Below are positions 7,341 to 14,909 of a stretch of 23,282 bases of DNA, piece by piece. The notes under the pieces were generated by a model. The model was not told where the DNA came from and searched no databases. It was given only the letters and a program-made list of their open reading frames with translations. Position 1 is the first letter of the stretch, and each line of letters starts with the position of its first letter. Both the position numbers and the translations under genes were made by a program. Source of the stretch: Methanobacterium sp. (lineage in GTDB: Archaea > Methanobacteriota > Methanobacteria > Methanobacteriales > Methanobacteriaceae); the NCBI GenBank assembly GCA_003166335.1, contig PMWA01000032.1, forward strand, positions 1-23,282, in the 5' to 3' direction.

Positions 7341-8221
7341 ACCGAGAAAAAGCCGGGAATTCGGCTAATAAAAATGCCATTATTGGAAATATAATTCTCA
7401 CAATTCTTAATTTTGTTATAGGATCCTTAGCAGGATCCACAGCACTTGTCGCAGAAGCTGCCAACAACTTAGGAGATTGCCTCTCCACAGCCATATCATG
7501 GTTTGCCTTTAGGATTGGAAACCGAAAACCTGATGAAGAACATCCATATGGTTACGGAAGAATTGAACCGTTGATGAGTATTTTCATTGCATTATTACTG
7601 TTTTATGTAAGTTATGGAATTTTAACGGATGCTTATTCAAAGTTTATTACAGTTGGATCCTTGACAGCACCGAATTGGATAAGTGCAGTTATGGCGTTAA
7701 TTGCAGCGGTTATATGTTTTTATATGTCCAAAAACTTAACCAAAACAGGAATTAAAATTAACAGTCAACTGCTCATAGCTCAAGGTAATGAAAAAATGAC
7801 GGATGTATATGTAAGCATAACTATCTTTTGTGGTATTGTAGGAGCACACCTCGGATATCCTATTTTGGATCCAATACTCGCAGTAGTGATCGCAGCATTA
7901 GTTATTAAAGTTGGATTTGAAATGTTCCTGGAGAATATTGAGAACCTCCTGGGACATGTGCCTAAAGGTTTAACGGATAAAATTATGAAAGTTGCCTTAA
8001 GCGTTAATGAAGTTCGAGATGTAAGGAATCTTAAAATAAATACAGTTGGTCCAACCAATAGCTGTGAATTAGATCTCATATTAAATGATGAATCTAGCTT
8101 TGATGATGTATACGAAATCAGTAATAAAGTTGAAAGTGAGATAGTACGTTCTATTAATTTTATTAGCAGTGCATCTATTCATGTTGTGCCTGACACTAAG
8201 ATTATAACTGATGATTTTTAG
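7337..8221 (+). CDS. Cation diffusion facilitator (FieF/YiiP-like) metal efflux transporter
   Basis: GSTALVAEAANNLGD, KPDEEHPYGYGRIE, LDPILAVVIA, about six TM segments, and a C-terminal ZT_dimer-like domain ending in IHVVP; AGGAGA RBS. Confidence 0.92.
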   Translation: MNREKAGNSANKNAIIGNIILTILNFVIGSLAGSTALVAEAANNLGDCLSTAISWFAFRIGNRKPDEEHPYGYGRIEPLMSIFIALLLFYVSYGILTDAYSKFITVGSLTAPNWISAVMALIAAVICFYMSKNLTKTGIKINSQLLIAQGNEKMTDVYVSITIFCGIVGAHLGYPILDPILAVVIAALVIKVGFEMFLENIENLLGHVPKGLTDKIMKVALSVNEVRDVRNLKINTVGPTNSCELDLILNDESSFDDVYEISNKVESEIVRSINFISSASIHVVPDTKIITDDF

Positions 8222-8837
8222 CATTTTTATAAGTTAAATGAGCTTCTTCTTCATCCTCAAATAAGCCTAAATGTTTTTGTTTCCCATTTAGAAAAATATA
8301 TGCTCTCCATTTTTGAAGATTTTTATGCCATGAAACACCTTTATATTTACTAGTTTTTGGGAGTGATAATGTTGAAATTTCATTACCTTTTTTAATTTCA
8401 TTACAAGCCCAATCATAAGCTTTGGCTGCTTCTTTCTCGTTATCAAATGTTCCTAAATACTTCTTTTTTCTACTTATTTTTATTTGAGCAACCCATCTTC
8501 CAGTCCTATCGTCTAAAATAACACCAGGATATCTTGATCTTATAGGAATATGCAAATTTTGACTGTTTTCTCTAGGAGTAACTACCTTTAAATTTGATCT
8601 ACAATTATTTAATCCATTACCATCAATATGATCAATTTGCATATCTTTAGGTGGATCCATTATTAAACGATGCATCCAAATAAATGGATATTCATCTTTA
8701 ATAGGAGATACTCTACGGACATAATAACTTTTTCTTCTAGTTTTAATTGCATGCCATTTCCACTGGTTTAACCATTCATAATACTCATCATCAACTAAAG
8801 CAAATTGATTCTGTGTTAATTCAATCTTTTTAACCAT
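8202..8837 (-). CDS. HNH homing endonuclease with two AP2 DNA-binding domains
   Basis: ALVDDE, MHRLIM, IDHIDGNGLNNCRSNL...N, then two AP2 repeats (SRYPGV..W.AQI..KYLGTF..EAAKAY and SKYKGV.W..W.A.I..KHLGLF). Confidence 0.92.
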   Translation of the reverse strand: MVKKIELTQNQFALVDDEYYEWLNQWKWHAIKTRRKSYYVRRVSPIKDEYPFIWMHRLIMDPPKDMQIDHIDGNGLNNCRSNLKVVTPRENSQNLHIPIRSRYPGVILDDRTGRWVAQIKISRKKKYLGTFDNEKEAAKAYDWACNEIKKGNEISTLSLPKTSKYKGVSWHKNLQKWRAYIFLNGKQKHLGLFEDEEEAHLTYKNAKNHQL

Positions 8838-8925
8838 GTTTATAGCCCCTAGTTCCGCCCTTTAGCTCTAATTTATCCCATTGTTAATGGGCGAGTGGGG
8901 ACGGAGCTAAAGAACATCCCCACAC
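8838..8925 (-). ncRNA. Structured 5' leader of the HNH-AP2 gene (C4-antisense-like or pseudoknot)
   Basis: GC-rich island with stems 8895-8901/8917-8923 and 8877-8882/8886-8891. The loop 8904-8912 is complementary to 8860-8868, and 8889-8893 to 8856-8860. A TTTATATA box on the minus strand at ~8948-8955 lies ~25 nt upstream. Confidence 0.6.
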
Positions 8926-8981
8926 TATTAATTATTTGTTTATAGTTATATAAATATTTTATTCATTAGAGATGATTAATA

Positions 8982-9116
8982 ATGAAATCAAGAATTTATT
9001 TAATGGAATGCCCAGATTGCGGCCATGAATTAAGAGATAATCATATCTCAACACGCTGCCATAAATGCAAAACTGGTAAATATGATATAATATTCGAATA
9101 TCCAGGAGAAATTTAA
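8982..9116 (+). CDS. CPxCG-type one-domain zinc-finger microprotein (44 aa)
   Basis: Manual translation MKSRIYLMECPDCGHELRDNHISTRCHKCKTGKYDIIFEYPGEI, with two CxxC motifs. Confidence 0.75.
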   Translation: MKSRIYLMECPDCGHELRDNHISTRCHKCKTGKYDIIFEYPGEI

Positions 9117-9117
9117 A

Positions 9118-9189
9118 ATGCTCCATAGATTAAAAAAATGTCCACATAACCCCTGTAACTGCCAGCAACGAGGAAAAATTATAAAATAA
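9118..9189 (+). CDS. 23-aa Cys-rich basic micro-ORF, possibly truncated
   Basis: MLHRLKKCPHNPCNCQQRGKIIK; AGGAGA RBS inside the upstream gene; 1-nt gap after its stop. Confidence 0.4.
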   Translation: MLHRLKKCPHNPCNCQQRGKIIK

Positions 9190-9207
9190 ATTTTCAAGTC
9201 TCGATAC

Positions 9208-10176
9208 TTACAAAGAATTGTTTTTAACTGTTATGATACTTGACAAATCCGTTGAAGGCAACTTTACTTCAAAATCAAACTCTTGTATGATCAAAGCAGT
9301 TTCAATTACAAAATCTATACAAAATTCTACATCCTCTTTTTTTATACCATTTATCATTTGACTTTGATTAAAATAATATTTAGAAGGTCCACTTTCTATC
9401 TTTACTCTCTCAGGTGTTAGTATTCTAAATTTAGCATATTTTTTATAATCTATTCCTAAACTGATAATCTTTAAAGCATTGCCCATAGATTCGATTGTTT
9501 TTTTAGTCGTATCTACAAATTTCGATATTTCTTTTATTTCTGGTACTTTAGAATTTTTGATTCTTAGTCTAAAACTACTCATATGATTCATTGAAGAACT
9601 GAAATCGAATGGAGAATCTCCAAAAGGTCCTACTTTTTTATTTTCATATTCATCTAGAATTGTATAAAAAGCTTCAGTAGATGCAAGTAATGAATCTTTT
9701 AATTTATTTTCATTTAATAACTCATAAGATCGTTTTAAACGTCTTTTAGCAAGTGAATTATTTACAAGATCAATTAGAGATAATTCCAAGAAATCAAGAT
9801 TGAATATTAATTTACTATTTTCAGTGAAAAAGTTCATTGCATTAACTCTGAATTTTTCTATATCAACTTCATGAACAAGATTTCCTTTATGTTTGAGCTG
9901 TATTCGTGCATCATTAAGTTTACTTATTGAACTTTTTTGAGTTACTAGTTTTTTGGATTTACCATATATTAGATCCCAATATTCCATAAAATTTATTTGT
10001 GTAGTTTTAGTGCCCCCTACTTCTTCATAAGCAAGCACTAAGAATAATTCTATAGCATCATGAAACATTAAAATTGACAATTGAGATGCAGGATAAAAAG
10101 CATAAGATTGTTCTTCTGCCTTTTGAGATATATATTTAATAAAAACTAAGCGCTCCATTATACTACTCATTTTCAT
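9208..10176 (-). CDS. HEPN-domain protein (putative RNase toxin or defence effector)
   Basis: N-terminal helix SILMFHDAIELFL and an R-x4-H motif (DARIQLKHKG); GGAG RBS. Confidence 0.65.
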   Translation of the reverse strand: MKMSSIMERLVFIKYISQKAEEQSYAFYPASQLSILMFHDAIELFLVLAYEEVGGTKTTQINFMEYWDLIYGKSKKLVTQKSSISKLNDARIQLKHKGNLVHEVDIEKFRVNAMNFFTENSKLIFNLDFLELSLIDLVNNSLAKRRLKRSYELLNENKLKDSLLASTEAFYTILDEYENKKVGPFGDSPFDFSSSMNHMSSFRLRIKNSKVPEIKEISKFVDTTKKTIESMGNALKIISLGIDYKKYAKFRILTPERVKIESGPSKYYFNQSQMINGIKKEDVEFCIDFVIETALIIQEFDFEVKLPSTDLSSIITVKNNSL

Positions 10177-10257
10177 ATCTAATACTCCAAAAGATGTTTT
10201 TTTCCTTAAACTAGTTATTTCATGAATTCTAATAAGATAATTACAATTTATTGATAC

Positions 10258-10545
10258 TTATTTCTTTAATTCATTATTGATTAAATCAATATACCAGTTT
10301 AGTTCAAAATCATCGTGTTCATTATAATCCTCAAGAATCTTTTTTACTAAAAGTTTCTTTTTTACTAAAAGTTTCACGGACATGAAGCCATTTTTGGTAG
10401 ATTTTATAAGCATCTGTTTCCCTATTAATATCCAATCCTAAACGTTTCATTTCACTGTAATAAGCGTTGGTAGCTTCCAATTCCGTAAAATAATTACCTA
10501 AATATTTTTCTTTCCCTTCTATTCTGACCCTGGTCTACCATATTT
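10258..10545 (-). pseudogene. Remnant of an AP2-domain (HNH-AP2-like) gene
   Basis: Translates as W*TRVRIEGKEKYLGNYFTELEATNAYY, an AP2 pattern with an in-frame stop, no start codon and an internal 18-bp duplication. Confidence 0.65.
10338..10375. repeat. 18-bp perfect tandem duplication (TCTTTTTTACTAAAAGTT x2)
   Basis: Seen directly in the sequence. Confidence 0.9.
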
Positions 10546-10553
10546 CGAAAAAG

Positions 10554-10573
10554 TTAGGATTAATAGATCCTAA
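10554..10573 (-). terminator. Hairpin TTAGGAT-N6-ATCCTAA followed by a T-tract on the minus strand
   Basis: Overlaps the stop codon of the 10570 gene. Confidence 0.45.
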
Positions 10574-11088
10574 GTTTGAAATCCTAATACTACACTACAA
10601 TCAGGTAAAATACCTATAACATTTTCCACATCTATAAATCGGGAAGAACCACTTAATTCAAAATTTTTAACAATAGTAGTGTCAATTTTTATATATTCAT
10701 CTGTAATAACAACTTTAACATTACATTTTGGATAATAGAATTTTCCTTTCAATTGGAAATCTCTTAATCCAATTTTTTTAAAATCTAACCAAACATCCTT
10801 TGTATTCTTATTTGTTACTTTAATCCATTTTCCATCATCACTCCAACTTATATCATATTCATCTTTATTAGGTAAACTATAAATGGGGTTACTTTTATGT
10901 AATACAACAACTTTATCCCCATTTTCATCCAATAACGTACAGTTTAATAATATTCTTCCATTCTCATCTTCTCTAAACCTAAAAGGTTGTTTATTTAGTC
11001 CTTCCCCTACAAGATTAAATACACCATCACAATTTATTGCCCATAACGACCCAAATTTGACATTATATTTTTTAGCTTCTTCCAACAT
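10570..11088 (-). CDS. Hypothetical beta-rich protein (~172 aa)
   Basis: Lies within ORF 10570..11103; the ATG at 11088 follows GGGGAA; no family recognised with confidence. Confidence 0.7.
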   Translation of the reverse strand: MLEEAKKYNVKFGSLWAINCDGVFNLVGEGLNKQPFRFREDENGRILLNCTLLDENGDKVVVLHKSNPIYSLPNKDEYDISWSDDGKWIKVTNKNTKDVWLDFKKIGLRDFQLKGKFYYPKCNVKVVITDEYIKIDTTIVKNFELSGSSRFIDVENVIGILPDCSVVLGFQT

Positions 11089-11185
11089 CAAAAATTCCCC
11101 CAATAATTTATTAATAATTTCCTATTCTTTCATATAAATTTACTTAAAAAATTTACTAATTAATTATATTAGATAAATTCAAACA

Positions 11186-11203
11186 ACAAAAACTTTATAT
11201 AAG
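11186..11203 (+). promoter_or_regulatory. Archaeal BRE/TATA promoter of the toxin-antitoxin operon
   Basis: A-rich BRE-like run followed by TTTATATA at 11194-11201, ~60 nt upstream of the ATG at 11262. Confidence 0.55.
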
Positions 11204-11261
11204 GGTAATCATAGTTTAACATGTTACCTTTTCATTAATTTGAATAAGGGATGGGAGAAAA

Positions 11262-11777
11262 ATGGCTGTGTTTGATATAGAGAAATTTAAAACTATTATT
11301 CATTTTGTAGTAGATAACTGTGAAGACAAACCAAATTTTGGGAAAACAGTTTTATTCAAATTATTATATTTTTCTGATTTTAATTTCTATGAATTATATG
11401 AAGAAAAATTGACTGGTGCAGACTATGAAAGACGTCCATTTGGTCCTGCACCCCTAAAACCAGAATTTGATAAATCCATAGAAGAACTCGAAGAAGAAAA
11501 CGCAGTAATTCAAAAGAGAGTAGATTTTGATGATGAAGTTTATCAATTCCGTTATTTTTCATTAAAAAAACCAGATATACATAATTTATCTGAGGAAGAG
11601 GTAGAAGTCATAACTAATGTTATAAATAAATGTTCTGATATGTCTGCTACTAGGATAAGCGATTATTCTCATGAAGATCTTCCCTGGCAAGCTACAGAGA
11701 CAGGTAACATTATAGATTATGAACTAGTTTTTTATAGAACACCGGAGTTTTCAGTGCGTGAGTATGAGGAAGATTAA
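11262..11777 (+). CDS. Panacea-domain antitoxin (DUF4065/SocA/GepA-like)
   Basis: KTVLFKLLYFSD, Y.RRPFGPAP and SATRISDYSHEDLPW motifs. Confidence 0.88.
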   Translation: MAVFDIEKFKTIIHFVVDNCEDKPNFGKTVLFKLLYFSDFNFYELYEEKLTGADYERRPFGPAPLKPEFDKSIEELEEENAVIQKRVDFDDEVYQFRYFSLKKPDIHNLSEEEVEVITNVINKCSDMSATRISDYSHEDLPWQATETGNIIDYELVFYRTPEFSVREYEED

Positions 11778-12132
11778 TTTTGATCGTGTAGAGGAATTTG
11801 ATAGAGACTGTATTAAATTATCAAAAAGGAAATGCAAAACCTTACTCGACGATTTAGAAACTATTAAGAAAGCTTTAAGGGTTAAAATTCCAGAACACCA
11901 AAGTACAAAACGTATTAATGATTTAGGTGAATTAGTCAAAATTCCAATCTACAAAGTAAGACGTTTTCGTTGTAGAGCCATAAAAAAAGGATCTTATAGT
12001 GGATTTCGCCTCATATATGCATATATCGAAGATTCTTCTACTATAACATTTATACAATTTTATCATAAAGATAATGAGAAAATTGAGAATAGAAAAAGAA
12101 TTTATAAGTATTTCAAAGAAAAAGAAATTTAA
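11764..12132 (+). CDS. RelE/ParE-superfamily toxin (HigB-like)
   Basis: Basic 122-aa protein with F.RD..KL, IYKVR...KGSYSGFRLIY and YHK; overlaps the 3' end of the antitoxin; alternative GTG start at 11758. Confidence 0.75.
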   Translation: MRKINFDRVEEFDRDCIKLSKRKCKTLLDDLETIKKALRVKIPEHQSTKRINDLGELVKIPIYKVRRFRCRAIKKGSYSGFRLIYAYIEDSSTITFIQFYHKDNEKIENRKRIYKYFKEKEI

Positions 12133-12202
12133 GATATTAAATCAAAGAGTTTTTCCAATTTGTAGCTAAATCTATTATGAAAATTTAAATTTTTAATACT
12201 AT

Positions 12203-12526
12203 TTAATCCTCAAAGCGTTTTTCAAGTTCTTTAAATTCCATATACTTTTCTTTAAGTTTTTCTTTACCTGGAGAAAGATTTTTTTCAAAAAACTTAAAAT
12301 AAGGGAAATAATCTTCTAAATAAACATCTATCCAAAGATCTTTACCCATTAAAATTTTTAATTTTCCACCCATTTGCACAGTAGATATATATTGATCATC
12401 ATCAATACCTCCATCTGCATACATAAGCCTAAAAGAATCATCTAATACTCTTTTAATACCCTTTTCTAAATCTTCAAAATCTTCTTTACTTACAAGTTCA
12501 TCAACTTTAATTTTAACAACCTCCAA
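12203..12526 (-). CDS. Hypothetical protein (~102-107 aa)
   Basis: ORF with a TTG start at 12526. GGAGGT (12519-12524) sits 7 nt before an in-frame ATT at 12511, an alternative start. Confidence 0.65.
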   Translation of the reverse strand: MEVVKIKVDELVSKEDFEDLEKGIKRVLDDSFRLMYADGGIDDDQYISTVQMGGKLKILMGKDLWIDVYLEDYFPYFKFFEKNLSPGKEKLKEKYMEFKELEKRFED

Positions 12527-12605
12527 TTATTATTTAATGGTATTTATTCCACTATTTACAAATTCCTAAAATTAGATAGGATTTTGACGTAATACTTTTA
12601 GATCT

Positions 12606-12690
12606 ACGCGTGAACCGGAGCTGCATTGTGGACCAGAAGATCCCGAAGCTCCAGGTCAATAACTGAACTCTACAAATACGACGTATTTCG
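12606..12690. other. GC-rich intergenic hairpin of unknown nature (possible ncRNA or att/boundary)
   Basis: ACC-GGAGCT pairs with AGCTCC-A-GGT; a second palindrome AAATACG-A-CGTATTT lies at ~12674-12688; the background is very AT-rich. Confidence 0.35.
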
Positions 12691-12770
12691 AGAAAATAAG
12701 AATAAATATAGAATTAATTAATTTAAAATTGAAATCAGTTGAAACTACATAAGTAATACTATTTTAAAAC

Positions 12771-12789
12771 TGGTCCTACTATAGGACCA
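12771..12789 (-). terminator. Perfect hairpin TGGTCCTA-N3-TAGGACCA directly after a stop codon
   Basis: Abuts the TAA of the 12790 gene and is followed by GTTTT on the minus strand. Confidence 0.55.
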
Positions 12790-13680
12790 TTAAATATGGA
12801 ATCCTGATGGGAACGCTACTCTGGAATTTTTTTCTAAAACTAAAAGATTCCGATTTTGTTCAATTAATTTGAAATCCAAATTTGCGGGAGATTCAAATCC
12901 CTGTTTTTTAATTAATTCGATATATTTACTGGGATTATTCTGTAAATCTTCTTCAAACCGTTTTATTCCCAGAAATAATTGATCACTCCATATTGTAAAG
13001 TTACCACCTGTTTTTGCAGTAGTTATACCTCCACCCATGGGAAGGTAAGACATTCCATCAATTACAACATTTGTTACAATACCTGTTCTTCTTAAATCGT
13101 ACCTATCTTCGTCGCTTAATTTATCGTTTTCTTCTTTGGAAATCTTAAATGGGTTCAGTAAATGTGGCCAGTTGTTTTTGATTATTCTTAAAAGATTTTT
13201 TTCTACCCAAACTAAGTTGGGTGCGTTATCATTAGCTTTCAATTGATGTGGTAGGACATCAATGAAATATCCATTACCTGCTGATAAGAAGAAGAATAAT
13301 AAATTTTTAGATCTGGAATAAAAATAGTCAGAAGGATTATCTTTAGAATCACTGAGATGTAAATGTCGAATATCCCAATCATATAATAAAAAATCAGGTT
13401 TATCAGGATTGAAAGCATCTTTGCTTAGATAGGGATTGATATCACCTGAATTCTGGAATTTTTCCTCAATATCCTTTAATATTAAATTATAAGGTCTGGG
13501 TAAAGTTTTTGATTGGAGTTCTGTAGAATATAGAACATCCCAATTAGTTGAAGTTATTGTTTTTGATATAAAATTAAAATATTTAATTAACAATTCATGT
13601 ATTCCAGTATAATTAACTTGGACACCCCTTATTCTAAACCCATCTAAAATGATATCTTCCAGATCTTTGTTTAAATCCAT
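12790..13680 (-). CDS. Hypothetical protein (296 aa) with a D.LLYDW.I.HLHL...RS..LLF motif
   Basis: Lies within ORF 12790..13695; the ATG at 13680 is matched by the ATG of the paralogous remnant at 16547. Confidence 0.8.
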   Translation of the reverse strand: MDLNKDLEDIILDGFRIRGVQVNYTGIHELLIKYFNFISKTITSTNWDVLYSTELQSKTLPRPYNLILKDIEEKFQNSGDINPYLSKDAFNPDKPDFLLYDWDIRHLHLSDSKDNPSDYFYSRSKNLLFFFLSAGNGYFIDVLPHQLKANDNAPNLVWVEKNLLRIIKNNWPHLLNPFKISKEENDKLSDEDRYDLRRTGIVTNVVIDGMSYLPMGGGITTAKTGGNFTIWSDQLFLGIKRFEEDLQNNPSKYIELIKKQGFESPANLDFKLIEQNRNLLVLEKNSRVAFPSGFHI

Positions 13681-13780
13681 AATTTCTCGACTCAATTCAA
13701 ATTTTCTTCAACAATCTGGATTTCATATTAAGTCAACCCATAGAGTTCATAAAACATCTGTCTAATCTATGCATCAATTT
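13561..13780. repeat. Diverged direct repeat, copy 1 (pairs with 16431-16645)
   Basis: 32-bp exact identity between 13573-13604 and 16443-16474; the flanks align over ~220 bp. Confidence 0.9.
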
Positions 13781-13790
13781 TTCTAGTTTC
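13692..13790 (-). pseudogene. 3'-terminal remnant of a Type IIG R-M gene
   Basis: Translates as KIDA*I/DQMFYELYGLT*YEIQIVEENLN*, matching the R-M C-terminus at 16563-16645. Confidence 0.8.
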
Positions 13791-13989
13791 AATTCTTTTT
13801 AATAGATGTATTATTATTAATAATCTTCCTTTATATTATTTTTAGATCCTGAATTTAATTTGATATTATTACAATTTAAATTATTATGATTAAATTTTAT
13901 TTTTTTTAATACATTACTTCTCATTTGCTCTCTTGGATAATCCTCGTTAATGTTGCAAACTATAGTGATCCACCCTGAGGAGTGATATT

Positions 13990-14340
13990 ATGGAAGACAT
14001 GAAAACTGTAGTAAAAAAGGATTTAGAAGACGTTGAGAAGTTAAAACATAGGGAATTGGTTATAATTCCTAAGAAGGATTTTATAAATTGGTACGAATTC
14101 ACCAGGAACCAACTCAATGAAATTGAGATGAAAAGAAAGGAAATGGGATCTGATTTTATGGAATGTCCCAACTGCCGGGAAACCATGGAGGATTATTATC
14201 TTAAAGAGCCACCTGAACAGGAGCTCTGGCATCTATGCCCTCATTGTAACTTGACATTCTCCCATAACCAATACAATCGTTTTACTGAGATAATTATGAG
14301 AGCAATAACCTCGAATAAAAAGATTGGAGGTGAATCATAA
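13990..14340 (+). CDS. Zinc-ribbon protein (CPNC...CPHC)
   Basis: 116-aa ORF; GAGGAGTGA RBS; two CxxC motifs. Confidence 0.8.
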   Translation: MEDMKTVVKKDLEDVEKLKHRELVIIPKKDFINWYEFTRNQLNEIEMKRKEMGSDFMECPNCRETMEDYYLKEPPEQELWHLCPHCNLTFSHNQYNRFTEIIMRAITSNKKIGGES

Positions 14341-14478
14341 ATGTATAAACGTTGTTTAGCTTGTGGCGAGCCTAAAACAGATTACAATGCATTGTTAACT
14401 GGAATATTCGTTGCAAGTACTTGGACATTTGCAGCTGCATTGTTCGTACTGATATTACAACACAAATTAATTTTTTAA
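14341..14478 (+). CDS. 45-aa membrane peptide with an N-terminal CxxC
   Basis: MYKRCLACGEPKTDYNALLTGIFVASTWTFAAALFVLILQHKLIF; GGAGGTGA RBS; abuts the upstream stop. Confidence 0.7.
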   Translation: MYKRCLACGEPKTDYNALLTGIFVASTWTFAAALFVLILQHKLIF

Positions 14479-14513
14479 AAAATTTTTAATGCTGATTATG
14501 GAGGAAGTAGTAA

Positions 14514-14891
14514 ATGAGAATAAGTGAGGGGGTGCCGAATGGAAGGATTGCAGAATTGTATAACCCTAAAATGTTCCATGAACATGAAGAAGTTATTGTA
14601 TTCGCAAGGGAGGAATTCAATAGGATTTACCGTTCTATTCAGGAGCAAATTGATTATATTAATAAAGTGGATATGCATCTTGATAGGAATGAAGAATGGA
14701 TGTTATTGGGTTATTGGCCGAAAATCTTAGAGAGAATACACATCTTAGACATAAATATGAATTCAATGTTCAAAGAAGAACCAGTCCAGTGCTATCTTGA
14801 TGCATATCTATATAATACAATTAAAAGTTCTAAGAATAATGTGGCAGCATCCCCTAGGAAAGTACCTATACAATCAAAGCTTACTATTTGA
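14514..14891 (+). CDS. Hypothetical protein (125 aa)
   Basis: ORF with a GGAGG RBS, co-oriented in the operon. Confidence 0.75.
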   Translation: MRISEGVPNGRIAELYNPKMFHEHEEVIVFAREEFNRIYRSIQEQIDYINKVDMHLDRNEEWMLLGYWPKILERIHILDINMNSMFKEEPVQCYLDAYLYNTIKSSKNNVAASPRKVPIQSKLTI

Positions 14892-14909
14892 ACTAAATTT
14901 TTATGTAGA

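Noticed and set aside
8838..8925. HEARO/OMEGA RNA with an IscB-type nuclease
   Set aside because: The protein is an HNH-AP2 type without RuvC or PLMP motifs, and the RNA is too short.
12606..12670. tRNA fragment, C/D box sRNA, hammerhead ribozyme or group II intron domain V
   Set aside because: There is no T-loop or cloverleaf, no RUGAUGA box C, the CUGANGA core and stems are missing, and the resemblance to domain V is only partial.
9190..13700. Integron cassette array
   Set aside because: No recurring attC-like GTTRRRY/RYYYAAC structures between genes and no integrase seen.
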